Part shown: piece by piece, positions 12,151 through 25,815 of the stretch
How the letters are laid out: every line of letters starts with the position of its first letter
Numbering within the stretch: position 1 is the first letter of the stretch
Source of the DNA: Octopus sinensis
Taxonomy: Eukaryota
Direction of reading: 5' to 3'
DNA: 64,000 nt
Assembly (NCBI RefSeq): GCF_006345805.1
Contig: NC_043013.1
Location: 36,270,001 to 36,334,000 of the forward strand
Position numbers and translations under genes: made by a program
Notes under the pieces: generated by a model
The model's database searches: none
The model's input: the letters and a program-made list of their open reading frames with translations, nothing else
What the model was told of the DNA's origin: nothing

Positions 12151-12644
12151 AACAAAGGAACATCTACATAGTTGCTTGACCAGCTAAAATTAGCAGCCAA
12201 ATCTTCCTCAGATCACATCCTGACATCTTGGAAAATGACACGTAAGATTCCTGATTCTGTAGAAAGACAGGATAGTCACAACTGGAATGTCTTTGATCAA
12301 AGTTTTGCTCAGCCAGAACTGAAATGGTTTAAACAACAAGAGCAGCACCAACAACAATCTGTCCTATTAACACTCCCACATACCATGACACCCACCCTTT
12401 CTATCCCCACCGGCTATTGTTTTCACTATATCACAATTATCTCCTCCACCACCAACACCACCATCATCATTACCAGCCCCACCCAATTTCTTTCCCTATA
12501 CTGAACCAGCTGTTGGGTATCTACTCAGTTTCTCTGGCTATTTTCTCTGAATACCCACCCCATCCATGCAGCCCCCACACTTGAATCGAATGGAATGTCT
12601 GGCAGTTTTGGTCATCAAAGATTTTCATCAAATAAATATCTCAT

Positions 12645-12875
12645 CGAATGTTTGATGAAGATGAGATGTTTGATGAAAAAGTTGGATGATGTCTGATGAA
12701 AATGTTTGATGAAGATGAGATGTTTGATGAAAAAGTTGGATGATGTCTGATGAAAATGTTTGAACCAGTTTGGATTGGTTTGATCCCATTTGGACTGGTC
12801 TGATGATGATCAATGAAGATGATTGATGAAGATGTTTGATGAAAATGTTTGATGAAGATGAGATGTTTTTTTATG
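12645..12875 (+). repeat. 54-bp tandem repeat (2 full copies plus partials) built from tgtttgatgaa submotifs
   Basis: tgtttgatgaagatgagatgtttgatgaaaaagttggatgatgtctgatgaaaa repeated at about 12649 and 12703. Confidence 0.85.
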
Positions 12876-13681
12876 TTTGATGAAGTTGCTAGAGATTTTA
12901 GAGGCACAACAGTACCTTCCTCGGTACTATTCCTACCTTTTTCAGTAAGGGGTTCTTGTTTTGCAGATTGTTTTCTGACCTCACTGCTGATGGTACCACA
13001 TAAAAAAGCACCCAGCACACTTTGTAATATGGTTAGTGCTGTTAGGAAGGGCATCGAAGCATAGATATCATGCAAGAGCAGAGAATAGGGCTTGAAACAG
13101 TTCCCTGGTTTGCCAGCTCTTGTCAAACTATTCAACACTTACCAGCATGGGAAACAGATACTAAATGATAATGATGATGATGACAATGACGATGATAATA
13201 ATAATGATGTTAACAATGATGATGATGAGGATAGACACACATGTGTGCATGTATGTATGTGTGTGTGTGTGTTTGTGTCCCCATCACCTCTACTTGACAA
13301 CCGGTGTTGGGTGATTTGCATCCCTATAACGTAGAAGTTCCCCAAGGGAGTCAAACAGATTAAATACTAAATACAAAAACTTAAAAAGAAAAATAACAAG
13401 TACTGGTATCAATTTGTTCACCTAAGCCCTTTCAGATGAGGCAACAGCATGGCTGCAGTCCAATGATCAGAACAAGTAAAATATAAAAGTTATACACAGA
13501 CAGACATATGTATATATGTATAAACACACACACACACACACATATAAATATAACACACGCACACACACACACATATATACACACACAATAGAATATATAC
13601 TTGCATATAAATATGTGCACATATGCGTAGAAATATATATATGTGTATAAGTGTGTTTATATATATATATATATATATATC

Positions 13682-13728
<47 letters not shown>

Positions 13729-13739
13729 CTATATATATA

Positions 13740-13828
<89 letters not shown>

Positions 13829-13829
13829 A

Positions 13830-13865
<36 letters not shown>

Positions 13866-13874
13866 TTGTATATA

Positions 13875-14315
13875 AGCACAGGAGTGGCTGTGTGGTAAGT
13901 AGCTTGCTTACCAGCTACATGGTTCAGGGTTCACTTGCCCAACGTGCCACTTGGGCAACTCGGGCAAGTGTCTTCTACGATGGCCTCAGGCTGACCAAAG
14001 CCTTGTGAGTGGATTTGGTAGACGGAAACTGAAAGAAGCCCATCGTCTATATGTATATATATATATATAGATAGATAGATAGATGTATGTGCATGTATAT
14101 GTTTGTGTGTCTGTGTTTGTCACTTCAACATCACTTGACAACCGATGCTGGTGCGTTTACGTCCCCGTAACTTAGCGGTTCGGCAAAAGAGACCGATAGA
14201 ATAAATACTAGGCTTACAAAGTATAAGTCCTGGGGGGGTCAATTTGCTTGACTAAAAGGCAGTGCTCCAGCATGGCCACAGTCACATGACTAAAACAAGT
14301 AAAACAGTAAAAGAG
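13875..14315 (+). mobile_element. SINE family A, full length
   Basis: ggagtggctgtgtggtaag head, ccttgtgagtggatttggtagacggaaactgaaagaagcc core, internal TA/TG tract, ctccagcatggcc tail. Confidence 0.9.
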
Positions 14316-15543
14316 TCTATATATGTATGTGTATGTATGTATACACACACATACATATATAGAGGCACACAAACACACACACGTATACTGGCATGCACAG
14401 ACACATCAGCATACACTATACATGCAATAATGTATACAATGGACAGGCTCACATTTCTCATTGCATTGCTGTCTTGTGTCTTCTAGCAATCAATTCAATG
14501 TACCCAATCAAATAGATTTTCAGCAATTAGTTATTGGCAACGATCCGGGCCATTCCACTATAACCTGGCAACAGCATGCAGACACATGCAAACCACTGCT
14601 AATGATGCAATCACATCTACATACAATATACGCAGCAATATCGCCAAACACACATGCAAAAAAAAAATTACTTGTGCAATACAATGTAATACGTGTGTGT
14701 GTATGTGTGTATAATACATATCTATGTATGATTTATACATATTATACATATATATATATATACGCATTTATACTTATGTATACATATACACACACATATA
14801 TATATACATATACATATGCACACATATATACATATAAATACATACATATATATACACACATATATGTACATATATATGCATATATATGCATATATATGCA
14901 TATATACATATATATATACGTATACATACATACATATAACTCACACATATCTAAAATACACACACACACACGTTCATATAAATATATGTATATGCACATA
15001 TATGTATAAATATTTATACATATGTATATATCATAAATATATGTATATATATCCACATATATATACATATATATATGTATATATATATATATGCATATAT
15101 ATACATATATATGTATAAATATATATATATATATGTAGATATATACATATATATGTTGAAAAATATACATATATGTATGTAGATATATATGCATATACAT
15201 ACATATATATGTATATATATGTATATATATATGTATATATATATAAATATATGTATATATATATATGTATAAATATATATATGTAGATATATACATATAT
15301 ATACATATATATATTTGTTGATATATATATATATGTAGATATATATGTACATATATACATATATATATATACATATATATATATATATGCATATATATAT
15401 ATATGCATATATATGCATATATATATACATATATATATATATATATGCATATATATACATATATATATGTAGATATATACATATATATGTACATATATAT
15501 ATGTACATATGTATATATATATCTACATATATATATATGTGTA

Positions 15544-15589
<46 letters not shown>

Positions 15590-15999
15590 CACACACACAC
15601 ACATACACACACACACTGTTGCACTATAGAATGAGGTTAAGTAATGTACTTTAATGTGACTTGATGTCTCCTGTGAGTTTAGGCAAAAAAAAAAATTACA
15701 TTTTAACTGCCTTTTTTTTTTTGCCTTTTATATATTGTTGCTGTTGTTGGTGATGTTGATGGTAGTGATGGTTTTCTGTCATTTTGTGATATCAAAAAAA
15801 AAAATATATATTTTCTTTAAAAAGAATGAATACTTTAGAATTTAATTTTATTTTCCTGAAAAACAAACTAAAAAAAAAATGTAGGAAACTTTTTTTTTTA
15901 AAAAGTAATGTTCTTGCATCACCATTTCTGTATATGCCTTCAGAGATAATCTGCATCATCATCATCATCATCATCAACAGCATCAACATCATTGCCATC

Positions 16000-16400
16000 A
16001 ACTGTCATCATTGGATGGAAGCACTCCGTTGGTTACGACAATGAGGATTCTGGTTGATCCGAATCAACGGAACAGCCTGCTCGTGAAATTAACATATAAG
16101 TGGCTGAGCACTCCAGAGACACGTGCACCCTTAACGTAGTTCTCGGGGATATTCAGCATGACACAGAGAGTGACAAGGCTGGCCCCTTGAAATACAGGTA
16201 CAACAGAAACAGGAAGTAAGAGTGAGAGAAAGTTGTGGTGAAAGAGTACAGCAGGGATCACCACCATCCCCTGCCGGAGCCTCGTGGAGCTTTTAGGTGT
16301 TTTCGTTCAATAAACACTCACAACGCCCGGTCTGGGAATCGAAACCGCGATCCTATGACCGCGAGTCCACTGCCCTAACCACTGGGCCATTGCGCCTCCA
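16000..16400 (-). mobile_element. tRNA-derived SINE (family C)
   Basis: Minus strand begins ggaggcgcaatggcccagtggttagggc (A box) ... ggtttcgattccc (B box), followed by a non-tRNA body. Confidence 0.85.
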
Positions 16401-16973
16401 CTGTCATCATTAACATCATAACATAACCATATTATCATCATCATCCTCATCATCCTCATCATCATCATGGCTATCATCATTGTAGTCGTCACCATCATCA
16501 TCATCATTATCATCACCATCATCATCATCATCATCACAGCTGTTCAATTTCTCTGCAGTTTTCACACATGCATACACTCACGCACACATACATATGCACA
16601 CATACACATACACACAAACACATGCACATACAGACACACGCACATACATACGCATACGCACATGCATATAAAATGATGAATTAATGTTGCCATTTTAAAG
16701 AAAGTTTAGGAAGAACTTCACAACTTTTATTGAAAAGGAGACTTGAGATTGTAAGTTGAATAAAGTTTATGAGGAACTGATGCTGCTCCAGCATGGCCAT
16801 AGTCTAAGGGCTGAAGCATGTAAAAGAATAAAATAAATTCTAACGAGCAAATTTATAATTCACATGCATTTAGAGATACATATAAACATTGGATATTCAT
16901 ATATAAATCCTACACACACCACATACATATATACATACATAGACAAAGAAATAAATATACATGTGTATATATC

Positions 16974-16974
<1 letters not shown>

Positions 16975-17023
<49 letters not shown>

Positions 17024-17034
17024 TAGATAGATAG

Positions 17035-17103
<69 letters not shown>

Positions 17104-17105
17104 TG
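16975..17105 (+). repeat. (GACA)n(GATA)n microsatellite
   Basis: Direct inspection. Confidence 0.95.
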
Positions 17106-17199
17106 ATACACATGCACATATAGTCATGCATAGATATATACATACAATGAATTGAAGGAAACGTATATATATATATATATATATATGTATATTATATAT

Positions 17200-17625
17200 A
17201 TAGGCACTGGAGTGACAGTGTGGTAAGAACCTTGTTTCTTAACCACATGGTTCCATGTTCAATCTCACTGTGTGGCATCTTGCACATGTGACTTCTACTA
17301 TAGCCTCAAGCTAACCAAAGACTTATGAGTGGATTTGGTAGATAGAAACTGAAAAGAAGTCCATCATATCTATCTATATATATGTGTGTATGTGTGTGTG
17401 TGTGTGTGTGTGTGTCTGTATTTGTCCTCCCATCACCACTTCACAACTAGTATTGGTGTGTTTATGTCCCCATAACCTAGAGAAGTGTGGCAAAGGAGAT
17501 TGATGGAATATGTACTAGGCTTTAAAAATAAGTCCTGGGATTGATTTCTTTAACTAAAACCCTTTGAGATGGTGCTACAGTATGGTCACAATCAAATGAC
17601 TGAAACAAACAGACAAATAAAAGAA
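17200..17625 (+). mobile_element. SINE family A, diverged
   Basis: Collinear with 13875-14315. Confidence 0.8.
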
Positions 17626-17829
17626 TAAAAACCAGTTTATACTATCACATCTCATCTAGGTCATCCCATAGGACACCCCTATCTAGGGGTTTCAGTTGCA
17701 CATGCTATAGGAGTCAGGGAGCACTGCTCTATGTGGTCCCACAGTTTTCATCTAACTAGAAATATTAGGGTCTCATCTATTGTCTTGTATTTAAGATCCT
17801 CTGCATGACATCCTGCTAGTTCAAAGCCA

Positions 17830-18230
17830 AGAATCTGAACTGTTAGATCCTGCCAATAACTAAATCCACGCCCTGCTGCCGACGCTTCAATTTATTGTTG
17901 TAAAGGTTTTTTGTCTCCTACCCTTCAACCTGTCTGGCCTGGTATGACCTGCCTGAAGATTTCTTTCCCTCCAGCATAGCTCTCCAGGTCAATAGAGCAC
18001 ACAAGCACTTCACTACGATAAGGTACTTGTTGAATTGGCCATTGACTACACAATAGTTCTCCCGCCCTTTGACGGGTATCATATTTTGTCCTGCAAGGTG
18101 TCGAAGAATCACCCTTCTCACAAAGCAAGCTTGATGGGGTTGCCAGTTTAGTCACTGATGACCCAACCATATGACAGGTTGTACAGGGTTACATGTTACC
18201 AGTAATTCTCAAGAGCGACATGACAAAAAA
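17830..18230 (+). mobile_element. Probable RTE-clade LINE 5' UTR remnant
   Basis: cccttcaacctgtctggc...ccagcatagctctccaggtca..gcacacaagc..cacgataaggt resembles RTE 5' UTRs (from recall); related to 32270-32630. Confidence 0.4.
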
Positions 18231-18494
18231 TTTATACTAAAGTTGAAGAATTTATGTCCACAGCTACAGTTACACCAAGTTTTTGAACAGTTTAAGATCA
18301 AAACTAACTGATTCTACCTTTGAAACCAGTTATATTACTCTTTAACTATTCATGTTAAAACCAATTGTTCCCTATTTTGAACAACACTGCATTCAGCCCT
18401 TTGATACCAACCCATCTAAGACTGCTCCTAGTTCTAAGGTACAAAAAAAAAACTTCCATAAGAATTTCAGGTTAATTTATATTCCTGCCATTAG

Positions 18495-18729
18495 GTTTTT
18501 TAATTCTTTTACTTGTTTCAGTCATTTGACTGCAGCCATGCTGGAGCACTGCCTTTAGTTGAACAAATCAACCCCAGGACTTATTCTTTGTAAGCCTAGT
18601 ACTTATTCTATCGATTTCTTTTGCCAAAACGCTAAGTTACGGGGACATAGACACATTGAGATCGGTTGTCAAGCAATGGTGGGGGGACAAACACAAAAAC
18701 AAAGACACACTCAGATAAATGTATACTTT

Positions 18730-18764
<35 letters not shown>

Positions 18765-19150
18765 GTTAGCTACTGCACGCATTTTTTTTCTCTCCTTCTT
18801 TCTGTGTTTTTCTCTCTCTGTGTATCTTTCTGTTGAAGAGCGTAGGCTCGAAACGTTAAAGACTTGTTTTATTTATATTTCCTGAGCGCCATACTAATAC
18901 AATTGTTCGTTTGTTTTCCACCTGCCTTCGTCTTTTGTTTATTTTCATAAAGCTTCCCGTTATATATATATATATATATGTATGACAGGCTTCTTTCAGT
19001 TTCCATCTGCCAAACCCACTCACAAGGGCTTTGGTTGACCCAAGGCTATAATAGAAGACACTTGCCCAAGGTGCCACACAGTGGAACTGAACCCGGAACC
19101 ATGTGGTTGTGAAGCAAGCTTCTTACCACTCAGCTATGCCTGTGCCTAAT
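18495..19150 (-). mobile_element. SINE family A carrying a nested hammerhead element in its (TA)n tract
   Basis: SINE halves at 18495-18760 and 18962-19150 flank an insert at about 18765-18960. Confidence 0.85.
18825..18862 (+). ncRNA. Minimal hammerhead-like motif (A6U variant)
   Basis: tcttt-CTGTTGA-a-GAGC/gtag/GCTC-GAAAC-GTT-aaaga. Confidence 0.6.
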
Positions 19151-19310
19151 GAAAAATTTATTTTTGCTAAATTCTTCATTATTAATAAAATTAATTGAAA
19201 CAAATGTATTGTATTTCAACAGGGATGGAACTAATTTATGTGTGCTTTTAATTTAAATAATTTAAAGTGGGATAAACTGGTCTTTTACTTCTTCCTCACC
19301 AAAAAACAGT

Positions 19311-19950
19311 TTAACCCTTTCGAGACCAACCAACCCTGCTGAAACCAGCTCTGGCTCTGTAGTACAAATGTCTTGTTTTCATAAGTTTTGAATTAAAATC
19401 TTCCACAAAACCTTAGTCACAATTTATGTTCCTAACACTAGCTTAATCATAACTAAGTTATTTTACTGCATTCTTGGTTATATTTAACCCGTTTGATACC
19501 AGCCTAGCTGAAACCGGCTCTGGCTCTGTAGTACAAATCTCTTGTTTTCATAAGTTCTGAATTAAAATCTTCCACCAAGCCTAAGTTATAATTAAGCTAG
19601 TGTTAGGAACATAAATTGTGACTAAGTAATTTTACTAAATTCTTTGTTACATTTAACCCTTTTGAGACTAACCCAGCTCTGGCTCTGTAGTACAAATGTC
19701 TTGTTTTCATAAGTTTTGAATTAAAATCTTCCACCAAACCTTAGTCACGATTTATGTTCCTAACACTAGCTTAATTATAACTAAGTTATTTCACTAAATT
19801 CTTTGTTATATTTAAAATTAATTGAAAGAAACACAGAGCATCTCAATAGAAATACGGTAACAAAAGGTTAAACCTTTGTTACCATATTTCTGTTGTCATC
19901 CAGTGTCTCTGTTTCAATTGGTTTTTAAAATAATAAAGAAGCTCACTTAA
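19311..19950 (+). mobile_element. Three tandem partial TTAA|CCC...|TTAA MITE-like units plus an inverted fragment
   Basis: Repeated ggctctggctctgtagtacaaatgtcttgttttcataag; termini ttaaccc and aaggttaa; other copies at 47659-47885 and 62865-63070. Confidence 0.75.
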
Positions 19951-19959
19951 TAACCATGA

Positions 19960-20573
19960 CATTTGGGGTTCAGACCCACTGTGCTTCATCTTGAGCAAGT
20001 GACTCCTACGATAGCCTTGGACAGGCTGATGCCTTGCGAGTGAATTTGCTAGATGGAAACTGTATGGAATTCCATTGTATATTCATATAACTGGCTTCCA
20101 CACACACATACATGCACACACATGTTTATATGAATGCATGTGTGAGAGAACATGTCTTTGTAACCTAGCCCACCCACTGCCACCACTACTGCTTGACAAT
20201 CAGTACTTGCTTGATGTAACTTAGCGGTTTGGTAAAAAGGAACTGATAGAATAAGCACTAGATTTTTAAAATATGAGTAAAGGGGTCGATTGTTCAAGTA
20301 TATCCCTCGAGGTGGTGCCCCAGCAGGCCACAGTCTAATGACTAAAACAAATGAAAAGTAGAAAAGGAAGCATAAAAATATATATATATATTTTTATATT
20401 CAGGCACAAGCGCAGCTGTGTGGGAAAAGGCTTGTTTCCCAATCACATGGTTTTAGGTTCAGTACCACTACATGGCACCTTGGTCAAATGTCTTCTACTA
20501 TAGCCTCAGGCCAACCAAAGCCTTGTGAATGGATTTGGTAGATGGAAACTGACACAAGCTTGTCATGTATATA

Positions 20574-20630
<57 letters not shown>

Positions 20631-20880
20631 AGACAGGCCCGACTGTGTGGTAGGAAGTTTACCTTGAGAGTGGATTTGATAGACAGACACTGAAAAATGC
20701 CCTTCACATATATATATATATATATAGGTCTGCGTGTATGTTTCTGTGCTTGTACCCCACCCCCACCATTTAACAACCAGTGTGGAGAGTTTATGTCTCT
20801 GTAACTTGGCAGTTCAGCAAAAGGATCCAATAGAATAAGCATAGAATAAAAAAGTAAGTACTCAGGTTAATTTATTCAAT
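19960..20880 (+). mobile_element. Two or three adjacent diverged SINE family A copies
   Basis: Family A core and tail motifs recur. Confidence 0.7.
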
Positions 20881-20934
20881 AAAGGCTATACATACATACA
20901 CACACACACAATAAATATATATACATACATACAA

Positions 20935-20965
<31 letters not shown>

Positions 20966-22706
20966 CATTCACACACCTATATATATAGATGCATGCATAT
21001 ATATATATACACATACATTCACATATATACATATATAGATACATATATATACATACACATATATACATACACACACATATATACATATATATATATATAC
21101 ATACATACACACACATATGCATACACACACATATATATACACACACACACACACACAAACATATATACATGCACACACATACACACACACATATACACAT
21201 ATATACACACTCACATCAATTTTGAAGCTTTTCGATTGGCTACTGTAGTTTGGAGTGTATATACCATGTCTGAAATATAGACAGAACAAGATAATTATGA
21301 CTGCAATATCCGTCATCACAGGTGTGCTTCATCAGAGCCAATTTGGTGGTAAGCAAGAACGATGATGATGACAATGCCAACAACAACAACAACAACAACA
21401 ACATGTCTTCATCCCCTCAGATTTAAACTTAGAGCAACCCAAATCCCTCAACTACGAAATGCTGTAACTTATTTATGTTTTCTGCCCTCTGCTGTTTGCT
21501 GCCAATCTATGATCTTCTTATATTTATATTTTTTAGTTAATTATTTCATTTATTTTTTTTTTTTTTACATTTAAAAAATTGATATAAAACAACAATAAAA
21601 AAATAGTATAATTTCCATTTATCACTTGCTCAATACATAACAAACAGCAACAAAGAAAACAAACATAAAACAATGAAGCTAAAAAAAAAAATCACAGAAG
21701 CTAAAAAAAAATTAAGAAAATAAAAACAAAGGGGTTTCTTTTAATTTCATTTTGGCAATGCTTAAAATAATTCTTAACGAGAGAGGAAATATGTTTTTGC
21801 TTATTTCCTTTAATTAAATTTTTCATCTGACAATGGTTTGGTGTGTGAAAGGAGTTGAGGGTGGTGGCAAAGAAAGAGAGAGAGAGAGAAAGAGAATGGC
21901 TTGGGAAAATACATTCTTTTTATTAAATATTTACATTTTTTTATCTCTGCATGTGTCTTTATATGTGTATATATATGTGTGTGTGTGTGTGTGTGTTTAT
22001 ATATATATATATTTGTTCAAGGAAAAATTTGTGAAGAAGAATTTTTTTTTTTAAATTGGAAAAGATAGAAGCTAAAAAAACAAAATGGTAAAAAAAATCA
22101 TTAGAATGAAAAATGATGGTGAAAAAGAATTGTCGAGAGAAAAAAAGGAAAAGAGAACGAGAACAAGAGAGAGAGAGAGAATGGCAGAAGAGGAGTAAAT
22201 AAGGAATGAAGGAAAGGAGAAAGGAAAGCAGACTTGTTCTGATATCTTACTTATCCTAATAAATCATACATATTTTATGACATAGCTAAATCTTGAACAT
22301 GGGTTCTGTAATTAATGGGTCTCTCTCACATTTACCTTAAATGAGGTTTGTGTTCATGTGTGTATGTGTATTCATGCTTTTGTGTGCATGTGTGTATTTG
22401 TGTGTATATATATATATAAATATGTACATGTGCATAAACATGTATGTCATGTGCAAAAAATATACACAAAGATGTAATGTCTTATAAATACAAAATTGTG
22501 TCACTGTGTATGTGTGTACGTGTGTCTGTGCATGTATGCACATGCAAACATACATACATGCACACACATATGTATGCATGTAGATGCATATATATATTTA
22601 TATGTTCATATATGTATGTGTATATATATATATGCGTGTGTGTATGTGTGAATGTGTATACATACACACACATATATATACATATATATCTATATATATA
22701 TGTATG

Positions 22707-22861
<155 letters not shown>

Positions 22862-22870
22862 ATATATATG

Positions 22871-22904
<34 letters not shown>

Positions 22905-22931
22905 CTTAGGAATTAGTTGCTGATACATTCC

Positions 22932-22983
22932 ACAGCTACTCAGAGTTTCACATGCATCATATATGCATAATTCATCAGACAGT
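22932..22983 (-). ncRNA. Solitary type I hammerhead ribozyme motif
   Basis: actgt-CTGATGA-at-tatgcat/atatg/atgcatg-t-GAAAC-tctga-GTA-gctgt; core intact, one U-U mismatch in stem I. Confidence 0.6.
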
Positions 22984-24115
22984 CAAGTAATGATGAAAAT
23001 GTGTGTGTTTGTGCTTGTGTGTGTGTGTGTGTGTGGTGTGTGTGTGTGTGGTGTGTGTGTGTGTGCCTGTGTGTGTGTGTGTATGTGTTTATATTTTTCA
23101 TGCATGTACAGATACACATAAGCACATATATGTTATATGTACCTCAAAGGTGCATACAAGGCAAAGATCCACATTGGCACAAATGTCTTCGACAGCAACT
23201 CTTGTGAGTCTCCTGCTTTACAGAGCAGCACCATTCTGTAGACAGACATATAGCGCATCAACCCTCCTAACTTTTAGCTGCATTCTTTATCTGGAATGTT
23301 AAGCATATGCATCAATATACTGTGCCAGTGTTGAAGGAGAACAAATTTTGCCACACATCAGAGAGGGCACACACCAATTTTTCCTATGAAGGTATAAGAA
23401 AATATCCTACATTTTTTTTATTTCATTAAGAAAAACCCAATAAATTTATGTTACTTTGTTTTTGTTTGTTCTTGGGTAAATTCCAAACAGACACTCAGGT
23501 ATTCTCTTTTGGGAAATACTGTTCCTACATGTCTGTTTTTTTACCCATGCATGTTGAACCATATTTAAGACCTCTTTTGGCTTGCAACACTAGCTAAGGA
23601 TGAATTGCTTCTGTTAACACTTTTGCTATTGCCATCTAAATTAGTATTTTTTGCTCCTGCTTTTTTCTCTTAGGTTTCTGAAATTGTAACTGTTTGCATT
23701 TATAAATGTACCTGTTTAATTATGTATTATGTTTAATTCTTGTATGTCTCCTTTACCAAAGTCTCACTATGCCTGAAAAATTTGAGAGGTATGTTAACTG
23801 TTGCCAACATGGTGGCTAGCACTCTCCAATCACAGTGAAAGTAATCATATTGAATGACTAATAGACAGAAGAAACTGGATACTTTCAAAAATATATGTAG
23901 GCAATGAGATGAACCTTATTTTAAACCTTACATAGCAAGGCAGACATTTAAATAATGCATAACAATTTTGTTGGTGATAAAACTTAATTGCATCTTCCAT
24001 CAAGTAATCCTGAAAAAAATAAGATTCTATGCAGAATATTCTCTTATATGAATGCAACATCATAGCAAACAAGAACAAGAAAACAAACAATAGCAGCAGC
24101 AATAATAATAATAAT

Positions 24116-24148
<33 letters not shown>

Positions 24149-24149
24149 C

Positions 24150-25050
24150 CTTTCAACTGGAGGTACAAGGCCTCAAATTTTGTGGGGAGGGGGCTTGTTG
24201 ATCACAGGTACTTAATTTATTGACCCCCGAAATGATGAAAGGCAAAGTTGACCTCAGCAGAATTTGAACTTAGAACGTAACAACAGACAAAATACTGCCA
24301 AGCATTTCGCCTGGTGTGCTCACAATTCTGCCAGCTCACCACCTTAACAACAATAATTATAATCTTTTCTATTGTAGGCACAAGGCCTGAAATTTAGGGG
24401 AAGGTGTTAAGTCAATTACATCGATCCCAGTACATTAGTGGTACTTATATTATCGACCCTGAAAGGATGAAATGCAAAGTCAGCCTCGGCAGATTTTGCA
24501 CTCAAAACACAGCAATGGGTGAAATACTGCTAAGTATTTCATTCAGCATGCTAACGATTCTGCCAGCTCACCACCTTATATGTGTGAGATGCTTACAGTA
24601 CCTACGTTTCCCAAGAAATCACCCATCTATGTACTCACTAGGTTCAATATTTCTTAATTCTTTCTACTATAGGCACATGGCGTAAAATTTTGGGGGAAGG
24701 TCTAGTCGATTACACCGATCCCAAAGTTCAACTTGTACTTATTTTATTGACCTGTGGAGTGGTTAGTGTTAGGAAGGGCATCTAGCTGTAAAAACCTTGC
24801 TAAAACAGACACTGAAACCTGGTGCAGTCTTCTGCCTAGCCAGCACCTATCAAACCATCAACCCTCGCCCGCATGGAAAATGGACATTAAATGATGATGA
24901 TGATGATGATGACGACAATGCTGATGATGAAAAGATGAAAGGTAAAGTCCACCTCAGTGGAATTTGAACTCAGTTCATATATATGGACACGATATTACTT
25001 AGCAGTCCACCTGGCATTGCTAACGTTTTTGCCAGCTTCCCACCTTAACA
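24150..25050 (-). mobile_element. Cluster of three SINE family B copies, one interrupted by an (ATG)n-tailed repeat (24760-24930)
   Basis: Repeated gatgaaaggcaaagttgacctc..gaatttgaac and ctgccagctcaccacc motifs. Confidence 0.75.
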
Positions 25051-25624
25051 AATACAATAATAATGACTCCTAATATAGGCACAAGGCTTGAAATTTGGAT
25101 GTGGGATGTGTTTGTTGATTCAATTGGCCTCAGTTCTAGACTGGTTCTTTATCTGACCTTCACAATGGATTTAGTTGATAGCTCGATCTTTTGCAAACAT
25201 GATAGCAACTGTTCAGTTTATCTTTGTCAATAATAAGAATCTCTCCTCTAATGTAATCGCTATTGCAAATTAATATCCCTCCATTAATGACAATGGGGTT
25301 ATGAACTGCTGACTTCATTGGGTTAAATGCTTAGAAGCTGTACGTTTCTGACAAAGTTCCTGAGATCAGACACCTAAGCGTGGTTCTCACATTATCCAGG
25401 ATTATAGCTCTATTAAGCAGATAAACTGCAGTAAAATATGCCTCACAAACAGTCACAGGCATGACTGTGTGGTAAGAAGCTTGCTTCCCAAACACATGGT
25501 TCCAGGTTCAGTCCCACAGCATTGAGCAATGGGCTAGTGTCTTCTATGACTTGAGAGTTGATCTGGAAGATGGAAACTGCAAGAAGCCCATTGTGTAACA
25601 ACTACGTGTGGATTGTTGATGATT

Positions 25625-25815
25625 TTTTTTTCTTTTTTTTTTCCTCCGTCTTCCTTTTCTCTTGGACTTTCCTCTGTCTCCTGTTTCTGAAGAAGAGCTT
25701 TGCTCAAAATGTAAAGCACCCTTTCTTTCCTTCCCTGAGCATCTTTTAATACTTTGCTTGTACCACATCCTTGCATTGTTGTTTTTTTCTTTGTTTTTCT
25801 TTTATTAATTATATA
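25625..25815 (+). mobile_element. Short hammerhead-bearing element, copy 3 (motif 25682-25718), inside a split SINE A (25455-26275)
   Basis: tgttt-CTGAAGA-a-GAGC/ttt/GCTC-AAAAT-GTA-aagca; changes fit CpG decay of CGAAACG. Confidence 0.65.

Noticed and set aside
12680-12760. CTGATGA...GAAA inside the 54-bp repeat as a tandem hammerhead
   Set aside because: No stem II or stem I pairing and no GUH site.
14480-14700. Unique island with open frames on both strands
   Set aside because: No consistent splice-site pair and no recognisable peptide.
16320-16400. tRNA gene
   Set aside because: A and B boxes are present but run into a SINE body with no proper acceptor stem; the same holds for heads at about 31100, 42435, 48135 and 61240.
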